A stretch of DNA of 63,108 bases, the filler included, from Reticulomyxa filosa (Eukaryota; Protista; Foraminifera): the NCBI GenBank assembly GCA_000512085.1. It is 13 parts of 13 records of this genome, joined end to end, with 100 filler letters (N's around TTAATTAATTAA, not from the genome) between each part and the next. Parts side by side here need not be neighbours in the genome. Positions count along the whole stretch, not along the records: positions 37,758 to 53,625 come from ASPP01016300.1; positions 53,726 to 54,750 come from ASPP01005391.1; 11 more parts are not named here. One strand, given 5' to 3'. Position 1 is the stretch's first letter. Each line of letters opens with the position of its first letter. The notes below the pieces were generated by a model. That model searched no databases, was not told the DNA's origin, and was given only the letters and a program-made list of their open reading frames with translations. This document shows positions 40,690 to 54,750 of this stretch, piece by piece. Both the position numbers and the translations under genes were made by a program.

Positions 40690-42589
40690 TTACTCGCCTT
40701 TGCTGTCACTCTCATCAATGTCAAATGAATCCCTGCTCAAAGGGTGCAATTGCAATTCCAAATACTCAGCAGTTTTGGACCCTCTTTTACCAACATGTAT
40801 ATCCAGTCTTGGTCCTTTATTATGTTCTATCATGCTCTGTAATGAAAAAAACAAACGGCATGCATTTTTTTCCGTCTTAGTTAAGCAAAATAAAAAGAGG
40901 GTGAGTATATAATAAAAATATTACCATTTCATCTCTGGTTTCACGTTTGTAGCCTTTGTCAAAGGGATTTGATAATCGGTGTAATAATTTTCGTTTTTGT
41001 ACTGTTTGTTTGAATTTACTGTGAGCAACTCGAAAAGCATTTTTGGTGGATGAGACCTTCCATGTCAGTTTTAGTACGTCGTCCACCGTCTTTCTCTTGT
41101 GTGGATTTTTGTCAAGCAATCCTTTTACTAATTCTAATGTATCTTGGCTGACATGTTGCCAGTCATCTTCGTCATATTCTACATTTTCACGACGGATGCT
41201 TCTTTGAATCTATTCACATATCAATAAAATTGACTCTTTCACGTACCTAAAAAAAAAGGAAAATTTTTCTTTGATTGGTCAACACCACTAAACATCAGCA
41301 TCAGTGTCTCCATAAAAAGGAGGATATCCACACAACAAGATAAACATGATAACGCCGATGGACCAATAATCGACACGATAGTCATATTTTTTGTTTTCAA
41401 GGATTTCAGGCGCAGTGTACGACAACGTGCCAACCATAGTTTTCATAAGTTCATTTGGCTTTACCATTTTGGAAATGCCAAAATCTGCTATTTTGATCGT
41501 TTTAATTGAGTTTTTACGTACACACAAAATATTCTCTGGTTTTAAATCACGATGGACAATTCCGCGCCCGTGCATGTATTTAACCCCGCTCGCGAGTTGA
41601 TGCATCACGTGGCAACAATCTTCTTCTGAGTAGTGGTCACCATCCAAATTTGCGATTTGATCAAAGAGTTCCCCACCCTCGCACCTGCAGTAAAGGATAA
41701 ATTCGTTTTTTTTGTTTGTTTGTAAACAAACGTTTTCAAAAAAAACGCAAAAAGGCAAAAAAATTGGGGTGTAAAAAAAATTTATCAAAAAAAATGAGTA
41801 TACGTACACAGGTGAAAACTATTAACTTTTCCATGACGATGTATAAATATTTTTTGTTTTCAAATAAATCCAGCAATTTGACAATAGATTTATGATCCAA
41901 CTGTTTCAATATTTGAATTTCAGATCGTAATGCTTTCTGGTCACAAGAGCGTTTTTCCACAATTTTGATCGCGCATTCGTTCCCAGTAACACGATGCTTT
42001 GCTGCTACTACTTTGCTATTTTGCCCTTCACTCGTTCCCAGAGTTTTCAAAAACCTTAAATTCCCACGCAAAAGGGGAACAAGATGTTCACAAATAAAAA
42101 AAAACCATTTCTTTTTTTACGTATTTGAAAAGTAATTCAATTTTTGTTGTTAACACATATTTATATCGCATGTACACAATACCGATATATGTCTTTGATC
42201 TTCAAAGTCGAAGCCTTCTGGATGTGCTCTGCCCAAACTTTGCACATTTGAGGGGAACCGGCACGAAATTGCAACTGTCGATTTCGCATTTTTAATTCAA
42301 AGGTTGTGTCCGAGTTTGTTATTGTACTTGCGAGGTTGGTCCCCTCCAATGGAATTACTTTCTCTAATTCTTCACAGTGTTCCGTCGTACCGCACAGCAA
42401 AAAGTTATTACTCAAAACAAAATAGCGTCGGCGCCATACTTTCTTTGGGCCGTTACGTACATCCAAATATCCTTGATAAGTGGAGTATTCTGGAAACGGA
42501 GTTTTGCGCTCTGCATATACTTGATTTTCACTTTGTACACGGGCACGAAACTTGTTATCTTTTTCTATTTCTCCAACGGACAATTTCAT
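40690..42589 (-). CDS. PH-domain + CAMK-family Ser/Thr protein kinase, multi-exon
   Basis: PH domain: QGYL..KKVWRRRYFVL...W. Kinase domain: CAIK, GGELFD, HRDLKPEN, DFG, GTLSYTAPE, DYWSIGV and LLCGYPPF. Confidence 0.92.
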
Positions 42590-42902
42590 CGCTATTATCT
42601 ATTCGATTGAGATAAAAAAGGTTGATAGAGTTAAGAATTTTAGTCGAAAGTCCTTCTTTTCTTTACTGCTTTCAACACGTCCAAAGTTTTGAAAAATTTT
42701 AAAACAAAAAATTATATAGAACAAAAAAAGCAGAAACTTATGTTATTATTTTTTTATTTGACCCTCATTTTTTCTTATTAACAACAAGTATCCAACACCT
42801 CGTATTAAATCGTTATTCTCAAAAAAAAAACAAATGGTAGTATTGGTTGCACATAAAAGGTGTCTTTTGTCTTAGAGTTATTGCGAACTGGGGAAGTACA
42901 GA

Positions 42903-45314
42903 TTGTCACTGTCAAAAAATCTGCTGTTTTGTCACCATTTGAGCTTTGAGATAGCGAAAAGCGGCTTTTTTTCTTGGGCATTAATTAGTTCTATTCCCTT
43001 GACCGGGTTTGCGAAAGATCTGAAGCAACATTCACCAGAGAAGCAAGAGACCCATGTTAAGTCAAAGCGGTCTCGTTCTCGTTCTCGGTCTCGTTCTCGA
43101 TCTTACTCACTTTCGCGATCGCATTCGCGCTCGTATCGAATACATGTAAACGGAATAGAAAAGCCCAAGAAAAAAAAGGCCCCTTCGGAAACCGGCAAAC
43201 AGAATAGCAATAAACAAGCACAAAAGAACAAAGTAAAATCATTGAGTATTTTGCAATTTTCGTTTATGATATTTACCATGTCGTCTTCTGGTCCATATGG
43301 TTGTGAAACAGTGGTACAAAATGCGGGTCCAGGTAATGTGGCAAACACACAGTACACATGTTTATGTCCATGTATGATATATTTGGTGGAATGAAATCCA
43401 AGGACTAAAAAGGACTGAAAATTGTGTTGTGTCTTTTGTAAAACTCAGGATTGGCATTGCTAGGCTTCTCGCTTATTCCATTTTTCTATTCATTACCGCA
43501 GTCGTTTATGGTGTCAGAATTGGCTTCTTGGTTAAGTACACAAAAATAAGAGAGAAAAATGGATATTATGTATACGTTTGTACAAATAATTATAAGTGAC
43601 AATAATAACCGTAATAAATAAAAGGATGCCATCAAACCATGGTTACATAGTCTGGAACTACCGTGCTTTGGGCGATTGCGTAGGATTTGTTAACGGTTTG
43701 AATCAGTACGTGCGCACTGGATTTGGTTGAGTTTTTTTTTTGGTGCACTTTTTTCTCCTTCATACATTGCATGTTGTTTGTACATATGTACGGAACGCTT
43801 GTGAATTGCAATTGGCTTATTTTTGGATAGATATGCCACTTTATGCTGTTGTGATGGGGCAATACGTGAAAGAAATGTATAAAAAAGTGTTTGGCGTGTA
43901 TTTAGACGATGTGGTTGTGTGGGCAATTAAAGCCGTGTTTGTGCTATTGGCTGGAGGATTAAATTTGATGAATATTTCGGTCCAAGGAACAATAAGTATA
44001 ATATTTTCGATCATTTTCATGACGCCTTTCCTAGTCGGATTTGTTTATTCGATGCCGAATACTGACATGAGCGTGTGGTTGAAAGGTCCTTCAAGTGGTG
44101 AGATCAATTGGGCCATTTATGTGTCCACCCTTATTTGGTATGTTAAATATGTTATTTACAAATGAAAAATAATGTTCGTGTTTTTTTTTTTTAGGTTACA
44201 CACTGGACGTGATGTGATGGGTTGTATGGCTGGAGAAGCCGGATTTGCGCCACAAGATTTTATAAAATGCTTTGCGATATCAATCGTGATGGATTGGGCT
44301 GGGTACACTTTTTCATTGCTAGGTGCATTTACAGTACCCTATCGTGCTTCTGAATGGAAAAATGGATATTTGATTGACGCTTATAACCAGATAATTCCTG
44401 GAATGCAATGGTTTGTGGTTTGTGGTGCATTATTCAGTTTTTTCAGTTTATACTTTATGCAGTTTTCTGCGCATGTCCGTATGATGTGGGCGATATCTCA
44501 AAAATACATTATCATTTCCGGAAACGGACAATTGTATTTAAAAGACGAATACAAAGAGCACCTTGAGAAAATGAAAGCGCAAAAAAAACTTATAAGATCT
44601 GCTTCCCCTTCACCAGTGCCAGTTAGCGCAAGATTAAAAAGCAAAATGGAAAAAAAAAACATAACGCTGAAATCAACCAGACAAAAAATGATTAGTATAC
44701 CAGCTGACAACAATCATATGTCTGTGGGAATGGCGAAAGCTGCTAATGAAACGTCTTTTCTTGCCCCACTCGAAACATCTATGGATGAAACGCTGAATCT
44801 ATTACGATCCACTTCCCAGCCTTTGAGCAGTGCCCCTAAAACAATTAAACCAAATCGTTACATTCGTGTTGAAATATTCCCAGAATGGGTCGGCTGGGAA
44901 TGGGAGCGCACTGGATCTCCTGTTGTTGCTGTTGTGATTCAGACTATTGTTAACTTAATTTTGGTTGGATTACCGTTCGATCAACTAGTCCTTGCGAGCA
45001 CAATTGTTGGATGTTTTACTTATTTGACTGAATTTACCGCATTCATTGTATTGAAATATACCGAACCCGATGCAATCAGACCTTATACCGTCCCTGGGGG
45101 GCTTTGGGGCGCGTGGGCTGTCACTATAACTAAAGTGACCCTGGTTTTTGTTGTTTTTGGAATGACTATTTCTCAATACCCCCACTTTTTTTTTTGGTGT
45201 GTTTTATATGATGTCATTTTGGTGGCTTTGTTTTATCTTCGCAACTATTTCTTCCCTGATGACAATCCTTACATTCAGATCGATGATAAACCAACCCCTT
45301 CTGCTGAGCCTTAG
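42903..45314 (+). CDS. APC-superfamily polyamine/amino acid transporter (LAT/PUT/RMV1-like); start uncertain
   Basis: SSGPYGCETVV, SLPQSFMVSELAS..PSNHGYIVW..ALG..VGFVNG, about 12 hydrophobic segments, and LKYTEPDAIRPYTVPGG. Confidence 0.88.
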
Positions 45315-45753
45315 CTCTGAATATTGGAACCTGAGTGATAAAAAGTATTTTTTTTTCCAGTACAACGATCTTTCTTCGTCTTTTGTTGTGTTATTTTGGC
45401 GTGCTGTGTTATTACTTTATTTGATGTGTTGCATTTTTTGTTTGCCTTCAATCCGCTTGCTTTTGATTGAATACGATATATTTGGTGCATAAGTTACCAG
45501 TTGGAAAAGCATTTTCCAACAGGACTCACATAAAAATAAATGTGCTGTAATTCGTTTCACACTTCTAAAATAGCAACTTACAGCCCAAGATTTAAAACTT
45601 TACGATTTCTATTTTCTAAATTGTGAGTAATTTTGAAAAGTGAATTACTTGTTAGATATTCGACGAGGAAACCCAACAATAGAATTTTTATACAAGCAAA
45701 AAACCCCACATAAATAAGAACACCATTAGAAATTTACGTGAAAAATTATGTCT

Positions 45754-48700
45754 TTACAAGGTCAATTGTTGATGAGTAGTATCGATTATTTTATTATATT
45801 CTTTCATCTGAGTTGCACTGTCATCATATTTTTTGTTGCCATTTGGCAACACATCAAAACAATTAATATTCTCCATTAAATTTTTTACCGTCGTTGGATG
45901 CTCAACACATGACAACAGCTGTTCGAGTGTTTTTTGAATATTGTTTTTTATTCTGAAAAAAAGAAAACAAAATTAATTATACCAAATCAAGCACTTTTCC
46001 AAATGCACTGGGCTCACAGGTTTCTAGAACTGTTTTATAAGTCGCCATGCATTGTTCGGGTGTTGGTATAAAATGAGGCTTTTGAAACTCTTCCAGTGTT
46101 GTTAACTCCAAATACAAAGCTGTTATGTCATTTTTTTGATTGTATTTGCAGTATTTGCTTATTGCATTCATAAAATATCCCCTCGAGAAAGGAGATAATA
46201 CAACAAATAATAATTAAAGAAAGCATTTTCGTGTTTTTTCTCTCTTGCACTTTATACATACATCTGCGCCCAATCAATTTTTTTGGAACAATTTTTCGTT
46301 GAAGTATCGTCGATTCTATTAAAAGCGTATACGAGACAATAAACTGTCGTAATAAACGAAGAAAAGAATAACAAACAAAAAAATAAATTTGAAACCAACG
46401 CACTTTTTTCGATTAATCCCTGTCATTGTTATAACACAAGCAAAAGCATTATTACACTGTATCCAAACTTATACAATAACATAAATTTTAAAATACCTCT
46501 TTGAAGCGTCCATTTTCATCTACAATTTTCTTCCACTGATATAGGTTATAGATGTGTAATGTGTACGTTTTCGTCTCGTCTTGTTTTTCAAAAAATATTA
46601 TAGTAACTTCCTGCTGAAATCTCTCATCATTATCTTGGAGAAGTGCGTATCGATAAATTCGGAACAGCGCCATAGCTTGGTTTCGGTGTAACATATGGAA
46701 ATCCTCCATATGATCAAAGAATTCGTCAGGGTTTTTGCAATTTTGCATACAAGCATTACGCTTTACAAAGCAGCGATATCCTGTCTGTTGTTTATTATCA
46801 TTATCATTATATTTGTTTTAGGCCAGAGACAATGCAAAAAAACTTTGCGATATTCTGGACGGTAAGACTCAGAGTCGACACATCGACTGTGGATAGATAA
46901 CATGTGACTTTTGAACTCAGTCGTAACGTCAAATATCTTTCCACATCCAGCCTCCGGGCATTGTAAGGTCAAATCCTGGTTCTCAGAGAGAGACATTCAC
47001 AATACAATTCCTCCGCTTAGCATTAATTTGGGAGAATACGCAACAAATAAAAGACAGCAAACGTGTAACAACAAAACTGGAAATTGGACATGTTGAAAGT
47101 AATTCAAAATATAAGAGCATTCGGGTATGGCATTATGAACATCTTGAATATGGTTTTCTAAGTTTCCACGACGAGAAAAATTGCGGTCGCACTTGTCGCA
47201 ATAAAAACCGCTCTGCACAGATGCGTTTGTATGCATTACATTGTCTTGTGTCAAAATCTTGTTTACTTATCTTGAGAGAATATGTATATGTGTGTATGGG
47301 AAAAAAAAACATCAACCTTTTTTGATCTCTTCAATCGTTTGTGTTGATTAATGTGCTTAGCAATCGCTTCAGTGTCTTGAATTTCTTATCACAATTAAAT
47401 ATAGGACAGCACTTGGCTTTGCGAGTAATGGGTGGCAATTGAGAAACATGTGTCAAATCACATGAAAACCAATTGTCCTCGTTCCAATTATCTTGCACAT
47501 TGGCGCTCGTGCTGCATTTCTCAATGTCTTGTCTTTCATCTGATGAAAATAACTTGACGTCTTATTCATAACAAATCAATACAAAAAAAAAAAAAAAAAG
47601 ACTTTATTTGACTTTTGAATTGCATAAATTGTGCGTGTGCAGCAACACACAAACTTGTTCTTAACACCTCATTTTTTTGCTGTTGCTATTTTCGGTGTTG
47701 TTGTCATCTTTTGCATTGTTCGACTAAATTGCCAAATTAATTTAATTAAAAAATAAACACATACATAAAATAAAAGCAAAAACTGTTTGAAAAAATATTC
47801 TTTGCATCTTCTTGAAGATCCATCCTTAAGGAAGATGGTGTTCGGTCGAGATGAATGGTACTTTCAAGGGGCTGTATCTTTGTGTCACTTGAAGTGCTGG
47901 AAACACCATTGGCACTAGCACCAGCAACACTGGTCGCAATATTTAATGCAAGGGGAATGAGTTCAAAGTTGGCATTGCAAAGGTTGCTGATAGGAGTGCG
48001 CAGTGGTTCCAATTTTGGATCTTTGTTTTCTTTATCACCCAAATATTGTGCTTGTTTCTTTGCTTCTGAAAGTATCATCATCAGTGACTTTTCATTGCTT
48101 TCATTTAGCAAAGGCGCGCTAGTTCTCCGTCTTTTCGCGATCTCTGGTGACACAGTTGCTGATTGGCTTTTCAGAGGTGGAATCGTTAAGCTGCTGCCTT
48201 CATCCTATTACAATACAATTATTTGTATACATGACAGTTTTTATAGAACATAATATCATTTAACACAACAATAGTTGGTTATTGTAATTGATGTTTTTAC
48301 AAAAACCTGTCACACATCAATTATGCCTACTTTATTTATTATTTTTTTTGTGTGTTTTTGTTTCGTTCCTAAAGATAATATTTACCCTCTTTCCTCTCTT
48401 GTTGTGCAGGTAGTGTTCCAATAGAGAATAAAGACACACCCATAAATGACGACTGGCTGGTGGTGGTACCATAAATTGGCTCAGCAACTCGGGAGTGGAA
48501 TCAGAACATATCAATGATCCGCTGCTTTTGCGGCTTGGTGTTGTTGCCCATCGATGGCGCTTTGAATAAAGTGATGAGTTGCTTGTATCAATGTCACTTG
48601 TCACATCGCTCAGTGATCTCTTTCTCCCACTCTTTTTTTTTTTTTGGGAGAGATGAGAAGAGAAAGATCGCAAAACAAGCAACATCAGGTCTCCAAGTCA

Positions 48701-48820
48701 GCCAGTCAAGAACCATACACATCTCACACAACAAAAAATAAATATCAATACCATCTGCTGAGACGTTAATGAAAAACGTCTACCATTAAAATCGCTCGAC
48801 AGGTTGGGAAACGGCAACAT
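45754..48820 (-). CDS. C2H2 zinc-finger protein (3 fingers), multi-exon
   Basis: Fingers CPIFNCDKKF..AKHINQH (with a frameshift), CDKCDRNFSRRGNLENHIQDVH and CPEAGCGKIF..FKSHMLSIH. The N-terminus is Ser-rich and carries NLS-like motifs. Confidence 0.7.
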
Positions 48821-50375
48821 ATCTTGACTGTGGCTGCTTTTTCTCCTTTTGTTTTTTTTGCCACAAATTTTGTCAATTTGTTGTTCTTTGTTTTTTCTAC
48901 GTGTTGTTTATTGTTCATTGTTCGTTTGTTTAAAAAACTTTTAAAACACCAAGACCGAAGTAATAGGTATACGGGATTTTAATATACAGTATTCCGTCGA
49001 TTGTTAAATATATTTTGTGCATTGAAAACATTGGATATTCAAAGTAAAATAATTCGTTTCACGTTTTAGATATGAAAAGAATAACAAAAATTAAATATTT
49101 GGAAAATTTTAAAACATGGGGAAAATGAGTTGCGCCAAAAAACTCGTAGTTTAAGTGTAATACGAGAGAACAATTTCTGTTGTCAAATTTCAGCACAAGA
49201 CGTAAAGTTACTAAAAAGAAGTCATACCTTGCCCTCCTCGATGCTCCACTGGATCTTGATTTCAAAGTTTTAGACAAACGTCGGAAGAAGGTTACGCTAC
49301 TGCTATTATTTAAATCTCAAAAAAAAAAAGTACATGATGGAAATTCGCATCACAAAAAGTAAACCAAATAACAATTGTCTCAGCTTTTGTGACTTTAACT
49401 ATTCTTAGTGTTTTTTGGAATGGTGAGTTTACTGAAGGAATATTGCAATATATTGTTAATAAAATGTGTTGATTTCTTTGTGAGTTTATTCGATTTTAAG
49501 TTTTTATGCAACTTGAAAATTTTTTAATGAAATTAATTGATAACTCTCTATCTTTATCTCTATGAATAAACAGAGACTTTTTGAAATTGCTGATGTATTG
49601 GTGTGTCTTGTCATGGTTCAACTTGCAATGACCCTTTAAGTTTGACTCGTTGGAGTACCAAAACGTGTTTATGTATTGAAGGGAACAGCTATAATCAGCT
49701 AAAAAGATTCGAAAAGCTCGGCACATTAAAATAAGTGCTTCAATAAAGCAACTGTTTATTGTACAATCAAAACAAAGATAAACTAACAAGTAAAAAAAAA
49801 TTTTGCAAAAATTTCAAAAAAAAAGTGTAATGCGTGTACTATAAATAGTATGTACATGAACTATTTTAGACGATAAATTATTCTAAACAGAACAAAAGAA
49901 AAGTATATATGAACGAAATCTTGTTCACTAATACAAATATTTTTTATATTTGCAATATTATATTATAAATTTTGAAATGTAATTATATATTACAGTTACA
50001 TGAATCGCACTTTTTATAAAACATTTTTTTAAATAAAAACATAATGTATCGTGTTTGTCGTTAAAACTTATCAGTTTTGCTTACAAAGTTATATTAGAAA
50101 TTAATTTTATTGTTGTTTAACACAATTTTTTGGTCTTGCAAACGCAGTGAGTGCTCAAGAAAAGCGCAAATTTGTCTTGATTTTTATTATTTTAAAGAAA
50201 TGTATTTTCTATCGTGTTTGATTTAGAAAAAAAAAGGTTGGAATAAGAATATTTCAACAAGTAATTTAAGTAATGTTTGAAAGTCGGGGTGAAAAGCTAG
50301 AATTTTTCTAAAATAAAAAAAGGTAAATAAATTGTTTGCATTTTTATTAACATTACCTCTTCTTGGCTGTAAAAG

Positions 50376-50967
50376 ATGGGCTTATGTGCAAGTAAGGGCA
50401 AAGAAATTCGAGAAAAAGGAGCAAGTGATATGCAGCCCAACCTGGTAGAAAAAGAGGAAAAAAAGTTAGAGGAGAGCAGGTTGTGGCATTCGGAAGTGGA
50501 CGGTGCCTCTACAATTTTGGACTTGGGAATGTTTGGCCCTTCGTCCAGTGCCACGCCCTCGTATTCGCGTTCATCACCCAATGTGACAATGACTTCAAGT
50601 TCTACGTCTCTGGCATACGTAACGAACCGAAAGTTCGAATTTCAAGCTCCGTGTGAACAAAGCCCAATTGCCATCAACAGTTTAAGTGAACCAATGACTC
50701 CGAGTACTTCTCGAGTATGTATACAATGGACGAATGAAAGCCACAAAGAGACGAATCTGAGCCCGTCGGACCAGACTCAGCTAACTCTTGCCCTTCAAAG
50801 CATCCTCAAAGATGCTGTTTCAGTATGTGATGATCGCCCAACGTCTTCGGAGTTAGTTGTGGTTCGCTTGATTTCGAAAAGTAGTTCAAGTCAAGTCTAC
50901 GAAGTGACGGAGAAAGAAGGCCACGCCAAATACGCCCTAAAAATACTGCAAGTTAAACCACTTGGTC

Positions 50968-50998
<31 letters not shown>

Positions 50999-52427
50999 GA
51001 GTGACTTTTGCATGTTCATATGTACGTTATTTGCCAACTGTACAAAAAAGTACTTTGCTGTTCCTTCCCTCTTCCAAAAAAAATTAATTTTGGAGCCCCC
51101 TTTTTTTTTTTTTTTTTTTTGTCCAAGTATGTACGTTTGGGTTTGATATGTCTTTGTCTCTAGTTTGACGACAAGAAAAATCACAAACGTTTATTTACGA
51201 GTGAATTAAATGCTTTGACAAAGCTAAATGATGTTCCTGGCGTTATTGGGTTTGTATGCGCATGTTGTTGTTTGTTTGTTTGTTTTTTTTTTTGAACGTG
51301 CAACACCGTCAGAGGTCAATTAATACATTGCAAATGATAACAAAATATACAGAGTGTGCAGTTTCCATGTGAGTGAACAGTTTGGTTGCTTTTTTGACCG
51401 AATTCGGATGCCAAAACTTGTTCAGTTAACCCTTTGGTCGAGTCTTTCATCCTTTTTTGTTTAGTCGCTGCGTTTCACATTGTTTCTTTTGTCCACAAAC
51501 AACACTAAAAGGCTGGATAAAACAAGAACACACCAATCGAGAGATCAAAGCGAAGCTAATTATTCGCCAACTATTGAAAACGTTGATGGAAATGCACGAA
51601 CAAAACATTGTGCACAGGTCTATGTGCGTACACGTACGTATACATATACGTATACATCTATATACGTATATATATATGCATATGTATTATATACGTGTAT
51701 ATGAGTATCGACAGTATTACATTTAATTTCTTTGCACTTAAATATTATCACAAACAGAGACATCAAACCCGAAAACGTCGTGTTCGTGCAAGGAAGAAAA
51801 GCAGAACAGAAAAGTGACGAGGACAACCGAGCCACAAATGGTAAGGTGTATGGCGAGGTCAAATTCATTGATTTCGGCGAGGCCGCTTTTGTGAATGACG
51901 ACACATTGTATTATCATTTGGTGGGAACGCCGTGTTATTTGGCTCCAGAGAGGTTTCGTAAACATTGTGGCTGGGAATTAAAGGGTATTAATTTAAAAAA
52001 ATATATATATATACATATAATAATATAAATGTAAATACAAATATATGATCTTTGAACTCATATATACATATATATATTTTTTTTGTTTGTATGAAATGAA
52101 GCCTCTGACATATGGTCCATTGGGGTGTTGGCGTTTGAATCGTGTACTGGAAAACGTTGCTTCCATGCACCAAGTCCAGAAGAGCTGCAACAGAAAATTG
52201 CCAATGGGGAGTGGCATATACCGCAGGACCGATCGCTTTCACCGCTCTGTCAACATTTCATCTCCGTCTTGTTGACCGTCAGTTCCACCAAAAGACCTTC
52301 TGCCAAATTCGCTTTGAACCATCCATGGCTCGTCACCAATGGCCAACTCTTTCAACAGCGCTTGCATGAGTGGAACCATTTGAACGACGCCTTGCCCAAA
52401 TGGGCTACCTATACACCGTACGCTTGA
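50376..52427 (+). CDS. N-acylated CAMK/CDPK-like Ser/Thr kinase without EF-hands, multi-exon
   Basis: MGLCASK, YALKIL, HR/DIKPENV, IDFG, GTPCYLAPE, SDIWSIGV and RPSAKFALNHPW. Confidence 0.88.
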
Positions 52428-53727
52428 CCCTTCAAAAATGTTGTTTTTTTTTTGTCTTTTTTTTTGTCTTAATAGGCGCCTTTCATTTGAGGGCAAAAGA
52501 AAAGGGAGGGAACTAGTTTTTTTTGTTGTTGTGTCGCTTTATTTGGTTGTTTATTTGTTTGTGTTGTTTTTTTTTGGTTCATTTTTTCCCTTGTTTTTCT
52601 TGTTTTTATTCTATTTTTTTTTTCTTGTAATGCTATTTGTTTTTTTTTCCTTTCCGTGGGCCAGTGATTGGACTTAAACATCTTAACTCTTTTTGTTGTT
52701 GTTCTTTTAGTCAAAGTTGGGTCAGATTAAAGTAAAACACTTGCTTGACAATATGCCATCTTTGTTTTTGCGAGTGACACGGTTTGTACGGTTTTTTTGG
52801 CGTGGTTGATGTACACTTCATCTTTTTTTTTTTGTCATTGGTTTGATTGAATTGGTGTTGATTTTTTTGTGCACACGTTTTCTTCGCCTTGCTGTGATTT
52901 TACAAAAAAATTCCAACAAAGCCGCTTTGAAATGGGGCTTAAGGTAACATGCTTTTTATTACAATTGATATATATTGAAGCGATAGCAAAACATTTGCAA
53001 AGTCATGTTCTAACAGAAGAAAAAAGGAAGCTAGCATAACATCAAAACAATAACTATTTTATCTTAGTTCTTAAGTCAATCTAGTACCAATCTAGTTTTT
53101 CGTTATCATAATCTGGACCATCCAACATTTAATAATGATAAGAAAACGTTTCTACGTTCGGGAAGTAAATAGCTAGGTATAGTGTTTAAATTATCACTTT
53201 CTCAAGTAGATTTTAACAAGAAGAATTTAAGTTAAGTAACTGTAAAAACAAAATTAAGTGTTTTGAAAGTAAGAAACTTTTTGCAAAAAGGATTCATGAA
53301 ATTGCTTGTGAAATTTTTTCCAGCAAAAGAATATCTTTTCCAAGTTCAAGAAACACAGCCATTAAATGAAAGAGAAGCAACAAGTATAACAATAAATCAT
53401 AATAGTATAATTGACTTATCTTTTTTATTATATTCATAAGTGACAATTGCGGAATAATCATTATAAAAATTAAATAGAATTAAATACCGGAACATTCATA
53501 ATTGAATGTCATCATTGCGATGGCTAGAAAAGTATGAATTACAGCATTCAAGTATTTTCAATTCAGTGAAAACATTAGAATTTTGGTTGTATGAAATACA
53601 AATTGGATATGAAACATGTAGAGCANNNNNNNNNNNNNNNNNNNNNNNNNNNNNNNNNNNNNNNNNNNNTTAATTAATTAANNNNNNNNNNNNNNNNNNN
53701 NNNNNNNNNNNNNNNNNNNNNNNNNCG

Positions 53728-54750
53728 TTTGATCTTATTGCGCTTAGTGATGGAGGGTTCGTTACGGCCTGGAGTGGTGATGGGAGTAGTGCGAGCAACT
53801 CGAATATCATGCTGATGAAGTTTGATGCTTCGGGTGCTGTGGTCAATCAGAGTGGCGCATCCTATCTCAAGATTTATTCAAATATAAGTAATGACAGCTC
53901 GGTTAATCTGGTTAGTTTGCCGGGAGGGAGTTTTTCGCTTGTAACCCGTATGTACAGTGGCTCCTCTCCCGTCAATCGGGTTATCAGTAACGATCTTTCC
54001 AATGCAACCACTGCATCTGATGTAAATTTGCCAGTTGGTGTATCAGGGTCTGACTATTCATTCGTACCTATTCTCACTCCTGGTGGTGCGGGATATGTCT
54101 TTTTACGAGTAACTTCACCATACATTGGCGATGCAGATTATAGTGGGTCTGATGTCGCTAAAGTGACCCGATACAGTACGGCAGGCGCAGTGACTGAGGC
54201 AGAACGGGATTTTGCATCTGGTTATTCTTATGGCATATATGATGCTGATCAGTGGTATCACACCGAATCTGCTGGGGCCAGTTTCTTTATGGCTCCGGGC
54301 TATGATCGTGGTTTGATATTTGTCAGCACCACCACTACACAAGCCAACCCTACTGATTACACGACGCGTATTCAGACGTATGAGATACCCGCCAGCACCA
54401 ATGCTGTGCCCACCATCTCAGATGTTAGCAACCAGACCATCAGCGAAGGCGGCGCCACCTCGGCACTGGCGGTGACCATTGGCGATACCGAAACCGCGGC
54501 CAGCTCGCTGACGCTGACCGGTAGCTCCAGCAACACCACGCTGATCCCCAACGGCAATATCGTCATCAGCGGCAGCGGTGCCAACCGTACCGTCACCATC
54601 ACGCCTGCGGCCAACCAGACCGGCAGCGCCACCATCACCCTGACGGTGTCGGACGGCAATGGCGGCACGGCCACCGACACCTTTACCGTCACCGTCAGCG
54701 ACGTCAACCCGGTACTCAGCAACGCCACGGCCAGTGTGGATGAAAATGCC
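53728..54750 (+). CDS. Bacterial giant surface adhesin/repeat protein fragment (cadherin/Ig-like domain)
   Basis: The frame is open across the whole contig with no introns and much higher GC. Motifs: ALSDGGFVTAW, and PTISDVSNQTI.E..TIGDTET..SSSNTTL..SGSGANRTVTITPAANQTGSATITLTVSDG. Confidence 0.88.
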
